A stretch of 32,000 nt of DNA from Acaryochloris marina MBIC11017 (GTDB lineage: Bacteria > Cyanobacteriota > Cyanobacteriia > Thermosynechococcales > Thermosynechococcaceae). The DNA lies in the NCBI RefSeq assembly GCF_000018105.1, contig NC_009925.1, positions 3,720,001-3,752,000 of the forward strand, read 5' to 3'. Every line of letters begins with the position of its first letter. Position 1 is the first letter of the stretch. The position numbers and the translations under genes were made by a program. A model generated the notes under the pieces. The model saw only the letters and a list, made by a program, of their open reading frames with translations. It searched no databases and was not told the origin of the DNA. Shown here in pieces: positions 9,181-17,121 of this stretch.

Positions 9181-9873
9181 CTATGCGTCTGGACGCTTGG
9201 CTTCAATGATGCGGGAGAAATAGAAGCTGGTTTTAGTCATAGCTTTGCGTTCAATGGTCCATCCTTGGGATCGCAAAATGTCGCAAATATCAAAATCTCG
9301 ATGTAGATAAGCGCGGGTCGTTTTGCTGGGACCGGGGAAGAAGCTGCCGATTTTCTTCAACAACATATAGCCAATCGTCCAGGGGGCAAAGCTCAGAATA
9401 ATCCGGGATTTGGCAAGGGATGCTAAGTGGTTGATCATTTCCGGTACTTTTTGGTCGGGATAATGGATCAAAACGTCCAGACAAATGACCGTATCAAAAC
9501 TCCCGGATAAGGTTTCTAAGTCTTGAACGCTGAAGTTAGGATTTTGATCTTGGCCCAAGGTTTGCTGGGCTCGAGACTGGGCCTCTTCCACCATTTTTTT
9601 AGAAATATCGCTGGCCGAGACCTGGATGCCCATTGTTGCCAAGGGGATACTTAAACTACCCACGCCACAGCCTGCATCGCAAAAGGATTGTCCCGATAAA
9701 TCTCCGTCGGCTTTTAGCCAGGAGATCACGGTATCTACCGTTTGCTGATGGCCGATGCGAATGTCTTTTTGAACTTTATTGACATCTCCGTCGCCATAAA
9801 TCCGCCGCCAACGGTCGAAACCAACGGTATTGAAATAATCTTGGACAACAGCTTTATCGTTGGTGGTAGGCAT
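9181..9873 (-). CDS. chlM: Magnesium-protoporphyrin IX O-methyltransferase
   Basis: The 230-aa ORF contains VVQDYFNTVGFDRWRRIYG...VNKVQ.DIR.GH and DAGCGVGSLSIPLA (SAM motif I). It is a typical ChlM/BchM. Confidence 0.92.
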   Translation of the reverse strand: MPTTNDKAVVQDYFNTVGFDRWRRIYGDGDVNKVQKDIRIGHQQTVDTVISWLKADGDLSGQSFCDAGCGVGSLSIPLATMGIQVSASDISKKMVEEAQSRAQQTLGQDQNPNFSVQDLETLSGSFDTVICLDVLIHYPDQKVPEMINHLASLAKSRIILSFAPWTIGYMLLKKIGSFFPGPSKTTRAYLHRDFDICDILRSQGWTIERKAMTKTSFYFSRIIEAKRPDA

Positions 9874-9960
9874 GGGTATATTTCTGGCAACGGTCTCAAT
9901 CCTCTATGGTTGCAGAAAATTGGACGATCAGGGATTTTTTGCACGACCTAAATATTCAGC

Positions 9961-10004
9961 CCTTCCTCAAGGGGACGTTGCCCGCTCATATCCCTTGAGG
10001 AAGG
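9961..10004 (-). terminator. 13-bp perfect inverted repeat between the small secreted-protein gene and chlM (possible terminator or chlM leader structure)
   Basis: ccttcctcaaggg (9961-9973) and cccttgaggaagg (9992-10004) flank an 18-nt loop. The U-tail on the minus strand is weak. Confidence 0.35.
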
Positions 10005-10106
10005 ATCAGGATTGCAGGGGTAGGCAATTCGCTAAGGCTCACCTAGGTCATCTAAGGTTTGAGGGATAACATTGTGGATGTTAGCGCTGGCTTCTACCTC
10101 AGGCCT

Positions 10107-10481
10107 TCAGCGCTTTGTTTTATATCTTTTGTTATAGAGTCGACAGACCAACGGGCTCGGATCTCCGTCTTCAAACGGAATGACTGTACCATCGGCTTGA
10201 ATGCGAAAGCGATCACGACAGTTATAAGTTTCTCGAGGTTGTCTGGCCCCATCAATGGTGACGATGGCTCGATATTCCCAATAATTTTTGGCTGTACGAT
10301 TTAAAGACGCTTCACAAATGCGACGGCCTTTGATATTCCGGCAGCTAGCTGCGTAGGCAGGATCAGGAAGACTGAACAGCACTATCCCTCCTATCAATAC
10401 AATAAGCAAGCTCTTGCGAAGTAGCGTTTTCAACCCTAGGACAGTGATGGGTATCTGTGGCAACGAGAATTGTGAGGTCAT
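10107..10481 (-). CDS. Small secreted or membrane-anchored Cys-containing hypothetical protein (124 aa)
   Basis: The N-terminal hydrophobic segment ends in PAYA-AS. The mature part has four Cys and a basic C-terminus. The track start is TTG, so I use ATG at 10481. Confidence 0.5.
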   Translation of the reverse strand: MTSQFSLPQIPITVLGLKTLLRKSLLIVLIGGIVLFSLPDPAYAASCRNIKGRRICEASLNRTAKNYWEYRAIVTIDGARQPRETYNCRDRFRIQADGTVIPFEDGDPSPLVCRLYNKRYKTKR

Positions 10482-10617
10482 CAGCAAAAACTCAACAGAA
10501 GTATTGATTTATATCTTGACTTGTATCACAGTCCATACCCAGATTGGCTTAACCTAAACGTACCCTCAATATTTTTTCAACTATTGAGGGGCAATGTGAA
10601 ATGGCTGCTTAAGTCTA

Positions 10618-11499
10618 ATGGTCGTCTTCCAACCTCACAACCCATCCTGCTCAGCGGCTAAAGTAGTGATGATTACGGGCTGTTCCTCGGGAATTGGCAA
10701 AGCCCTCGCCCTAGAATTTCACCACCAGGGCTATCAGGTCTATGCCACTGCTCGAAACCTGGCTGATATGGAAGAATTGGCCCAACAAGGGATGGCTACA
10801 TTGAAGTTAGATGTCACTTGCCCGGCAGAGATTGCCGCTGTCATTGATACCCTGGTGGCAGAGACGCAGAGGCTCGATATTCTGGTGAATAATGCAGGCT
10901 ATGCGGTAATGGGACCGTTACTGGATATTCCCCATGCCGAGCTGGTGAACCAGTTTCAAACCAATGTATTTGCACCGATCCAACTGATTCAGCAGGTGGT
11001 GCCGTTGATGGGGGAGGGAGGTCTAATCCTTAATTTGGGCAGTGTCTCAGGAATCATGAGTACGCCGTTTGCAGGGCCTTACTGTGCGTCTAAAGCGGCC
11101 TTGCATGCGTTATCTGATGCATTGCGTATGGAACTGGCCCCTTTTAATATCCACGTGGTGACCATGCGAGCTGGTGCTATTCAATCCCAATTTGGGCAAA
11201 CAGCCTCCCAAAGGGCTGAACGGTTGCTCCCTTCCAATTCTCGATATCAGCACCTTGCCCCTCACATCCAGGCGCGCGCCCGAGCGTCTCAGAACCAGGC
11301 CACGCCTGCTGCTACCTTGGCCCAACAGCTCGTGCATCGGATTCAGCAATCGGATCGACTCCCCCCTGAAATTGCTATTGGCCATAAAAGTCTTACCTTG
11401 CCACTGTTAAAACGATGGCTACCGACTCGACTCTTGGATCGAATTTTGATGCGGAAATTTGGCCTAGGCGATTGGCAACCGGGTCCATTGCAGAAATAA
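10618..11499 (+). CDS. Short-chain dehydrogenase/reductase (classical SDR)
   Basis: TGCSSGIGKALA (TGxxxGIG), NNAG and YCASKAAL (YxxxK) motifs are present. Confidence 0.85.
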   Translation: MVVFQPHNPSCSAAKVVMITGCSSGIGKALALEFHHQGYQVYATARNLADMEELAQQGMATLKLDVTCPAEIAAVIDTLVAETQRLDILVNNAGYAVMGPLLDIPHAELVNQFQTNVFAPIQLIQQVVPLMGEGGLILNLGSVSGIMSTPFAGPYCASKAALHALSDALRMELAPFNIHVVTMRAGAIQSQFGQTASQRAERLLPSNSRYQHLAPHIQARARASQNQATPAATLAQQLVHRIQQSDRLPPEIAIGHKSLTLPLLKRWLPTRLLDRILMRKFGLGDWQPGPLQK

Positions 11500-11544
11500 G
11501 TCTTGCTCCGGTGCCAACTCGAAGAGCAGTGAGTCGTGAGCCAG

Positions 11545-12018
11545 CTAAAGCTCTAAGCGCATTTCGTTGGACGGTGTAAAGCCAATCTGCTCATAGACGG
11601 GTTTGCCCCAAGGGGAAGCATGGAGGATGGCATGGGTACAATGTTGCAATCGCAAATATTCCACAGCCACTTCAGTCAGTTGCCGACCAAACCCCTGACG
11701 ACGGTAGGCTGCTTCCACATAGACGCCCCAAATATAGCCATAGTGACGTTGGTCTTGGCTAATCAGAAATGGATACAGCCCCGAAAAGACTTGACAGCCC
11801 ACCGATCCGACAATGTCCTCATCCAGAGAGGCGATATAGCCCTGATAACCCAACTGATCGCGGGCCGTTGCCAGGAATGCTAAGGTGACGGCTTGCCAAT
11901 CCGGGCGGATCTGTTCAGCAGGGACCTGGTTATCCAGCCACATTTGGTAAAAATGCAGGGCAATCTGTTCATCATCAGCGGGGGTTGCAGGGCGAATCGT
12001 AAGAGAAGAGTCTTGCAT
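11545..12018 (-). CDS. GNAT family N-acetyltransferase
   Basis: The 157-aa ORF has an acetyl-CoA binding motif (YRRQGFGRQL) with typical spacing. Confidence 0.78.
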   Translation of the reverse strand: MQDSSLTIRPATPADDEQIALHFYQMWLDNQVPAEQIRPDWQAVTLAFLATARDQLGYQGYIASLDEDIVGSVGCQVFSGLYPFLISQDQRHYGYIWGVYVEAAYRRQGFGRQLTEVAVEYLRLQHCTHAILHASPWGKPVYEQIGFTPSNEMRLEL

Positions 12019-12302
12019 GGCGGCATATCCCAGAATGACAGATTAATCTTGGGGGACAGACTGTGAGGATGCATTGCTTTGAATAACGCTACTATGGCCG
12101 ATGATCACTTGCCATAGACCTTGAGGGGAATGCTGCCATAGACGAGTAAACCTGAGATCGTCCTGGAACGGGGTCTCGCCATAAAGGCCTGCCCACTGCA
12201 CTCGCAAAACCGATAAAACAGAGCGCAAAGCGGGCATCCTTGACCCAACATCAATGGGGGCTTAGGAGTCACAATAAATAAATTTAAGCTCGTCTATTTT
12301 AT

Positions 12303-12722
12303 TTAGGGCTGGCAGCGATCACATAGGCCACTGACGGTAACCTCATAGGTTTGGGCTTTTAAGCCGGGCCGGAGGTTGTTAAGGCTAATTTCTTGGAAAC
12401 AATTCCAGGGGATGTCTTCAATTTCGCCACACTGGCGGCAGCGGAAATGATGGTGAGGATCGACGTTAGCGTCGTAGCGGGACACGCCTTCTTCAAGTAA
12501 GACTTCCCGGACCAGCCCTACATCCCTTAGGGCTTGCAGCGAGCTATACACCGTCGCTTGAGAAGAAATGGGAAAATCTTGATTTAGATCCTGCAATAGA
12601 TGCTCTACGGTCGGATGATCGGTCCGAGACAGTAAATTGGCATACACCGCATAACGCTGGGGTGTGACTCGGAGACCTTTCTCCTTCAAAACTTGCACGA
12701 TGGTGTCAGCAGACTGCTTCAT
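12303..12722 (-). CDS. perR: Fur-family peroxide-responsive repressor (PerR-like)
   Basis: A winged-helix segment (LRVTPQR.AVY..L) is followed by HHHFRCRQCG...CDRC, with two CxxC pairs. It is divergent from a peroxiredoxin gene. The track start is TTG, so I use ATG at 12722. Confidence 0.78.
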   Translation of the reverse strand: MKQSADTIVQVLKEKGLRVTPQRYAVYANLLSRTDHPTVEHLLQDLNQDFPISSQATVYSSLQALRDVGLVREVLLEEGVSRYDANVDPHHHFRCRQCGEIEDIPWNCFQEISLNNLRPGLKAQTYEVTVSGLCDRCQP

Positions 12723-12846
12723 TATTTTGTTTGTCAAACAGCAAATACTATTGCGGCAATTTATTCACTAATTATAGATGCAAAACTTGCAATGTCTCAA
12801 TAAAATATAGTATTTCTTAAAAATAAGTATATATTACTATTGAAAT

Positions 12847-12870
12847 ATTCTTAAATAAGAATTATTCTTA
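12847..12870. promoter_or_regulatory. Candidate Fur/PerR-type operator: three alternating 7-nt half-sites ATTCTTA-aa-TAAGAAT-t-ATTCTTA
   Basis: It contains an exact 7-1-7 palindrome TAAGAATtATTCTTA (12856-12870), overlapping a 7-2-7 palindrome (12847-12862). It lies 54 nt upstream of the prx ATG in the perR-prx divergent region. Each half-site matches 5 of 7 positions of the B. subtilis Per box TTATAATnATTATAA. Confidence 0.5.
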
Positions 12871-12923
12871 GATATGTGGAGGCGATTGCCGACACCTGTT
12901 CACCCCAACACATGAGGAAAAAC

Positions 12924-13496
12924 ATGGCTGTATTTGCAACTGAGCGAGTGCCTGACGTCGTCTTCAAGACCCGAGTTCGTGATGAGTCCGTTCCAGGACC
13001 CAATCCCTATCGATGGCAAGATAAAACCACCCAAGATATTTTTGGTGGCAAGCGGGTTGTTCTGTTCTCCCTGCCAGGTGCATTTACCCCCACCTGTTCA
13101 TCGACTCACTTACCTCGCTATGAAGAGCTTCATGAAGAAATCAAAGCTCAAGGCGTTGACGAGATTATCTGTCTATCGGTGAATGATGCTTTTGTAATGT
13201 TCCAATGGGGTAAGCATCAAGGGGCGGATAAAGTCTTTTTGCTACCCGATGGCAATGGTGAATTCACCCGCAAGATGGGGATGTTGGTGGACAAGTCTAA
13301 TCTAGGCTTTGGTATGCGTTCCTGGCGCTATTCGATGGTGGTCAATAACGGCCAAATCGAAAAAATGTTTATTGAAGCCGACTATGGCGACAACTGCCCC
13401 ACGGATCCCTTTGAGGTGTCTGATGCCGACACGATGTTGGCCTATCTCAAAGGTGTACACGCCACTGCAGCTCCTACTGCAGCAGCAGTGGGCTAA
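12924..13496 (+). CDS. Type II (Prx5-like) peroxiredoxin
   Basis: [18 protein letters not shown] is the PrxII peroxidatic-Cys motif. ATG at 12924 is preceded by GAGGAA. The track start at 12876 is GTG. Confidence 0.88.
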   Translation: MAVFATERVPDVVFKTRVRDESVPGPNPYRWQDKTTQDIFGGKRVVLFSLPGAFTPTCSSTHLPRYEELHEEIKAQGVDEIICLSVNDAFVMFQWGKHQGADKVFLLPDGNGEFTRKMGMLVDKSNLGFGMRSWRYSMVVNNGQIEKMFIEADYGDNCPTDPFEVSDADTMLAYLKGVHATAAPTAAAVG

Positions 13497-13604
13497 ATCG
13501 GCCTGATGTCACAGTCTGGAGTTGGTCACCGAGCCAGCTCCAGTGTGCCATGCATTGATTAGGCTAAAGTGAAACGTGATTGAATCTGCAAAGGAGGGAA
13601 GGCG

Positions 13605-14963
13605 ATGAGTTACGACTATGATGTATTTGTAATTGGTGCAGGCTCCGGTGGAATTGCCACAGCCCGTCGCGCTGCCGAGTATGGTGCCAAAGTTGGCATT
13701 GCAGAATATGGCCGTTTGGGCGGCACCTGTGTGAATCGCGGCTGTGTACCTAAGAAGCTGATGGTCTATGCGTCTCACTTCCCGTCCCATTTTGATGCTG
13801 CCACAGGCTATGGCTGGAGCCCAGTGGAGAGTCAACTAGACTGGCTCAAAATGATCACGGCGGTGAATGATGAAGTCACACGTCTTAACGGTATCTATCA
13901 ACGGATGCTAGATAACTCCAAAGTGGAAGTCTACCGGGGACGTGCGGCCCTTGTCGATGCCCATACCGTTGCAATCGGTGATCAAAAGGTCACTGCAGAT
14001 AAGATTTTGGTGGCGGTGGGGGGCAAACCCGTTAAGCCTGCCAATATTCCCGGTATCGAACATGCCATTACTTCAGACGATATTTTTAATCTGAAAGAGC
14101 AGCCTAAGCATCTGGTTGTTCTCGGTGGGGGCTATATCGGCATTGAATTTGCCTGCATTCTGAAAGGATTAGGGTCAGAAGTGACGCTGATTATCCGGGC
14201 TGACAAGATTTTGCGCGGTTTTGATGACGATATCCGCACAGAAATTCAAGACGCGATGCAGAAGCATGGTATTCGGGTACTGAATAATATGACGGATCTT
14301 GCGATCGCAAAATCCGATACGGGACTCCAAATCACCGTTAAGCAGGCTGATAATGCTGAGGAAACGATTCTAGCCGACGCTGTAAGCCTGGCGGCGACGG
14401 GGCGTATCCCCAATCTCGAAGGCTTGGGACTGGAAAATACTGCCGTTGAAGTAGACGGCGGTGCGATCTCAGTTAATGAATATAGCCAGACCGCAGAGCC
14501 CAATATCTATTCCGTGGGCGACTGTACAGATCGGATTAACCTCACGCCGGTAGCAATTAACGAAGGCCGAGCCTTTGCTGATACCCATTTTGGCGGCAAG
14601 TCACGAACCATGAGCTATGACAATGTACCGACAGCCATTTTCACCACCCCTGAAGCCGCTACGGTGGGTTTAACGGAAGCAGAAGCTCAGGAACAGTATG
14701 GCGAAGACAAAATCAAAGTCTTTCGCAGTCGCTTCCGCCCTATGTATTACACCCTTCCTAATCATGATGTGAAAACCTTGATGAAGTTAGTGGTCAATAC
14801 CGACACCGATCAGGTTTTAGGAGCGCATATGGTGGGGGACCATGCGGGAGAAATTATTCAAGGGGTTGCGATCGCCGTCAAGATAGGAGCTACAAAAGCC
14901 CAGTTTGACGCTACTGTCGGGATTCACCCCAGTTCTGCCGAAGAATTTGTAACAATGCGCTAA
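13605..14963 (+). CDS. gor: Glutathione-disulfide reductase
   Basis: GAGSGG, GGTCVNRGCVPKK (redox-active disulfide) and the C-terminal HPSSAEEFVTMR are GR signatures. A strong AAGGAGG RBS precedes the start. Confidence 0.9.
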   Translation: MSYDYDVFVIGAGSGGIATARRAAEYGAKVGIAEYGRLGGTCVNRGCVPKKLMVYASHFPSHFDAATGYGWSPVESQLDWLKMITAVNDEVTRLNGIYQRMLDNSKVEVYRGRAALVDAHTVAIGDQKVTADKILVAVGGKPVKPANIPGIEHAITSDDIFNLKEQPKHLVVLGGGYIGIEFACILKGLGSEVTLIIRADKILRGFDDDIRTEIQDAMQKHGIRVLNNMTDLAIAKSDTGLQITVKQADNAEETILADAVSLAATGRIPNLEGLGLENTAVEVDGGAISVNEYSQTAEPNIYSVGDCTDRINLTPVAINEGRAFADTHFGGKSRTMSYDNVPTAIFTTPEAATVGLTEAEAQEQYGEDKIKVFRSRFRPMYYTLPNHDVKTLMKLVVNTDTDQVLGAHMVGDHAGEIIQGVAIAVKIGATKAQFDATVGIHPSSAEEFVTMR

Positions 14964-15043
14964 GCAAGGTGTCACTTTTTGGAATTAAGAGGGCACTTTA
15001 AGCTCAGGAATCTGGTATCGAGAGATTCCTCCTCAGAGGATTT

Positions 15044-15076
15044 AACCCCTGACTACATGTCAGGGGTTTCTTTATT
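15044..15076 (+). terminator. Rho-independent terminator after gor
   Basis: aacccctgac (15044-15053), tacat loop, gtcaggggtt (15059-15068), then tctttatt. Confidence 0.7.
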
Positions 15077-15091
15077 GAAATTAAGCGATTT

Positions 15092-15562
15092 TTAGCCCGC
15101 TTTCACCAAGATGGCGTCTCCGTCTACCTTCGCTTCATAGGTAGGAAGTGAGTCTTTTGCAGGACCGTTGGTAACGGTCCCATCTGCCTTGAACTTGGAA
15201 CCATGGCAGGGGCAATCCAGGGTCCCTTCTTCTGCATTCCAATCAACAGGGCATTGACTATGGGTACATTGATTTTTGAACGCAACGACTTTGGTTTTGT
15301 CATCAGGATTGAAAATGACGAGTAGGGGGGCACCACCAAAGTCTTCCATAACCACAGACCCATTGCTTTCTAGGTCTGCCAGCTTACCGACTTCGGTGAA
15401 CCCATCTGCTGTTGTAGCTGGAGCGGCAGATTCAGCAGTATCAGAGCCTTCTGGTGACGATGCTTCTGGTGAGTCACTAGAGGTGCAGGCAGCGAGCACC
15501 ACGGGTAAGCTGCTGGCTAATGTACCAACTCCTACCCACGAGAGAAATGTACGACGATCCAT
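15092..15562 (-). CDS. Rieske [2Fe-2S] protein with Tat signal and lipobox (PetC3-like)
   Basis: MDRRTFLS is a twin-arginine motif and VLAAC is a lipobox. CTHSQCP...CPCHGSKF are the Rieske boxes. Confidence 0.8.
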   Translation of the reverse strand: MDRRTFLSWVGVGTLASSLPVVLAACTSSDSPEASSPEGSDTAESAAPATTADGFTEVGKLADLESNGSVVMEDFGGAPLLVIFNPDDKTKVVAFKNQCTHSQCPVDWNAEEGTLDCPCHGSKFKADGTVTNGPAKDSLPTYEAKVDGDAILVKAG

Positions 15563-15643
15563 TCAGTGTTCTCCTGTATCTGAGATACGGACTTCGCTGG
15601 ATATTATGCCTGATCTAATCTCAATTCGCTGTTCTTCAGTGAT

Positions 15644-15680
15644 AAAAAACCCCAATCACATTACAATCTGCGCGATTGGG
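15644..15680 (-). terminator. Candidate Rho-independent terminator downstream of the Tat-signal small protein gene
   Basis: On the minus strand the sequence is cccaatcgcgcagattgtaatgtgattggg followed by gtttttt. The stem is 7-8 bp with a long loop and a T6 tail. Confidence 0.4.
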
Positions 15681-15760
15681 ACTATGCCATGGCCTCGCTT
15701 TAGGGAAGAGTCTCGCTGATGGGTTCATCTACCTTAGATGGCTTTGGCTCGAGACCGAGA

Positions 15761-16192
15761 TTAGACCAGGAGGCGAGTGAAGGCAGCTTGATAATACATG
15801 CTTGTCGTAGGTTCTCCTGTGGGAACCAGAAACAAGCTAAAGCGCCCCAGCTGACGATGCTGAATCTGATAAGTCCCTTGAGGTAAAGATTGGCCTTGGG
15901 GGTCTCGAAAAATAAGCGAAAATTGCTCCAACTGTTGGGACTGTCCAAGATCATCGACTTGCTCTAGCTGGAGGTGCAGCTGCTCTTCTCCTTCGGTGAA
16001 GACTTGAAATGTTTTATCCTTGAGGGTCTCAAAAGTAGAGCAATGCATCTGGCTCAAAGATGGATTGCTGGAATTCAATGTCTTAGCCCAGGTGTGAGAG
16101 TTTTGTTTAGTACCCAGGGGCAAGAAAGAAGTTCCAACTGTGATGAAAGTGGTGCCAGAGAATAAAAGAAAATGTCGTCGGGAAATACTCAT
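15761..16192 (-). CDS. Small Tat-exported protein (143 aa), paralog of the ORF at 17122-17433
   Basis: ATG at 16192 gives MSISRRHFLLFSGTTFITVG, a canonical S-R-R-x-F-L twin-arginine signal. The C-terminal ~50 aa align with the 17122 ORF (22 of 48 identical by hand; shared TYQ.QH..LG...FLVP......YY.A.F). The track start at 16216 is TTG. Confidence 0.65.
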   Translation of the reverse strand: MSISRRHFLLFSGTTFITVGTSFLPLGTKQNSHTWAKTLNSSNPSLSQMHCSTFETLKDKTFQVFTEGEEQLHLQLEQVDDLGQSQQLEQFSLIFRDPQGQSLPQGTYQIQHRQLGRFSLFLVPTGEPTTSMYYQAAFTRLLV

Positions 16193-16484
16193 AGCAGTAG
16201 ACTGATATCCATTCAACGCATAAAAATTTTTACTTCAAGCATTGGCCTGAAGATAATTGTTGCGGCCATTAAACATGAGTTTTTGTGTGCAATAGCTTCA
16301 CTCATATTTTATTGGCTGAAGCAAAATTGTAATCCTTGTAGCTAATTATAGAGCTTCACTTCAGAATAGAAATTAAGAAATAAGTAGTTTTAGGTGCATG
16401 CAAATAATTCATCTTATATAAAATAAAAAGCCTATCAGTTGAAGATATTTTAGAGGAAAATATTACGGCTTTTAGCAGGTGATT

Positions 16485-16961
16485 ATGCATTTGTCTATCG
16501 ACTTTCGTCCAATATGTGATGACGATCTCAATTATTTAAAGCAAATCTATGCAAGCACTCGTGCAGAAGAATTGCAGGTCTTATCCTGGAGTCAGGAAGA
16601 GAAGGAGATCTTCTTGCAGAGACAGTTTCAGGCCCAGCACCAATATTATCAGGCTCAGTTTAGAGAGGCTGAATATTTGATGATTTTGGAGGGAAATCAG
16701 CCAATTGGTCGCTTATATGTCGACCGACGCCCTGATGAGATTCGAATTATTGATATTGCTATTTTACCTGCCTATAGAGGACAAGGAATTGGTTCATCGC
16801 TACTACAGCAAATCTTAGCTGAAGGGCAGTGCTCACATAAATCCGTCAGGATTCATGTTGAGCAAAATAATAGAGCTTTAAAGTTATACCAACGTCTTGG
16901 GTTCCAAAAGAAATCTGAGAATGGTGTTTATTTTTTGATGGAATGGATGCCTAATTCTTAG
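16485..16961 (+). CDS. GNAT family N-acetyltransferase (158 aa) in an AT-rich setting
   Basis: ILPAYRGQGIGSSLL (acetyl-CoA motif A) and ALKLYQRLGF are present. The track start at 16479 is GTG, so I use ATG at 16485. Confidence 0.8.
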   Translation: MHLSIDFRPICDDDLNYLKQIYASTRAEELQVLSWSQEEKEIFLQRQFQAQHQYYQAQFREAEYLMILEGNQPIGRLYVDRRPDEIRIIDIAILPAYRGQGIGSSLLQQILAEGQCSHKSVRIHVEQNNRALKLYQRLGFQKKSENGVYFLMEWMPNS

Positions 16962-17121
16962 CGAAAATATATTTATAAGACAGCAGTTTTGGAGTGATTA
17001 TATTCATTTTTGATAGAAAAATAATGACTTTATAAACATAAGATAGAAAGACCTGTCTTGTGAGTGATTGAGGAGCTGTTAACGGTTAATAAAGATGACG
17101 TTATAGGTGCAAAGTGAGGCG

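Noticed and set aside
12043-12237. A 64-aa minus-strand ORF between perR and the GNAT gene, and the idea of a GNAT-toxin/antitoxin pair.
   Set aside because: The ORF has an ATG but no convincing RBS, an odd Trp/Gln-rich composition and no RHH/DUF1778-like features. The GNAT looks like an ordinary acetyltransferase. Coding status is unproven, so I did not list it as a feature.
13509-13835. A 108-aa minus-strand ORF overlapping the start of gor.
   Set aside because: It is antisense to the well-supported gor N-terminus (GAGSGG...GGTCVNRGCVPKK). Its composition is Cys/Thr/Ala/Gly-rich, an antisense artefact.
15276-15719. A 147-aa plus-strand ORF, plus the ORFs at 15124-15363 and 15700-15954.
   Set aside because: They overlap the Rieske and Tat-signal small-protein genes in antisense or alternative frames and show no recognisable motifs.
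16300-16360. Short direct repeat agcttcact (twice, about 49 bp apart) in the AT-rich divergent region upstream of the GNAT.
   Set aside because: A 9-bp match in AT-rich DNA could easily be chance. It is noted only as a possible operator to examine if TSS data become available.
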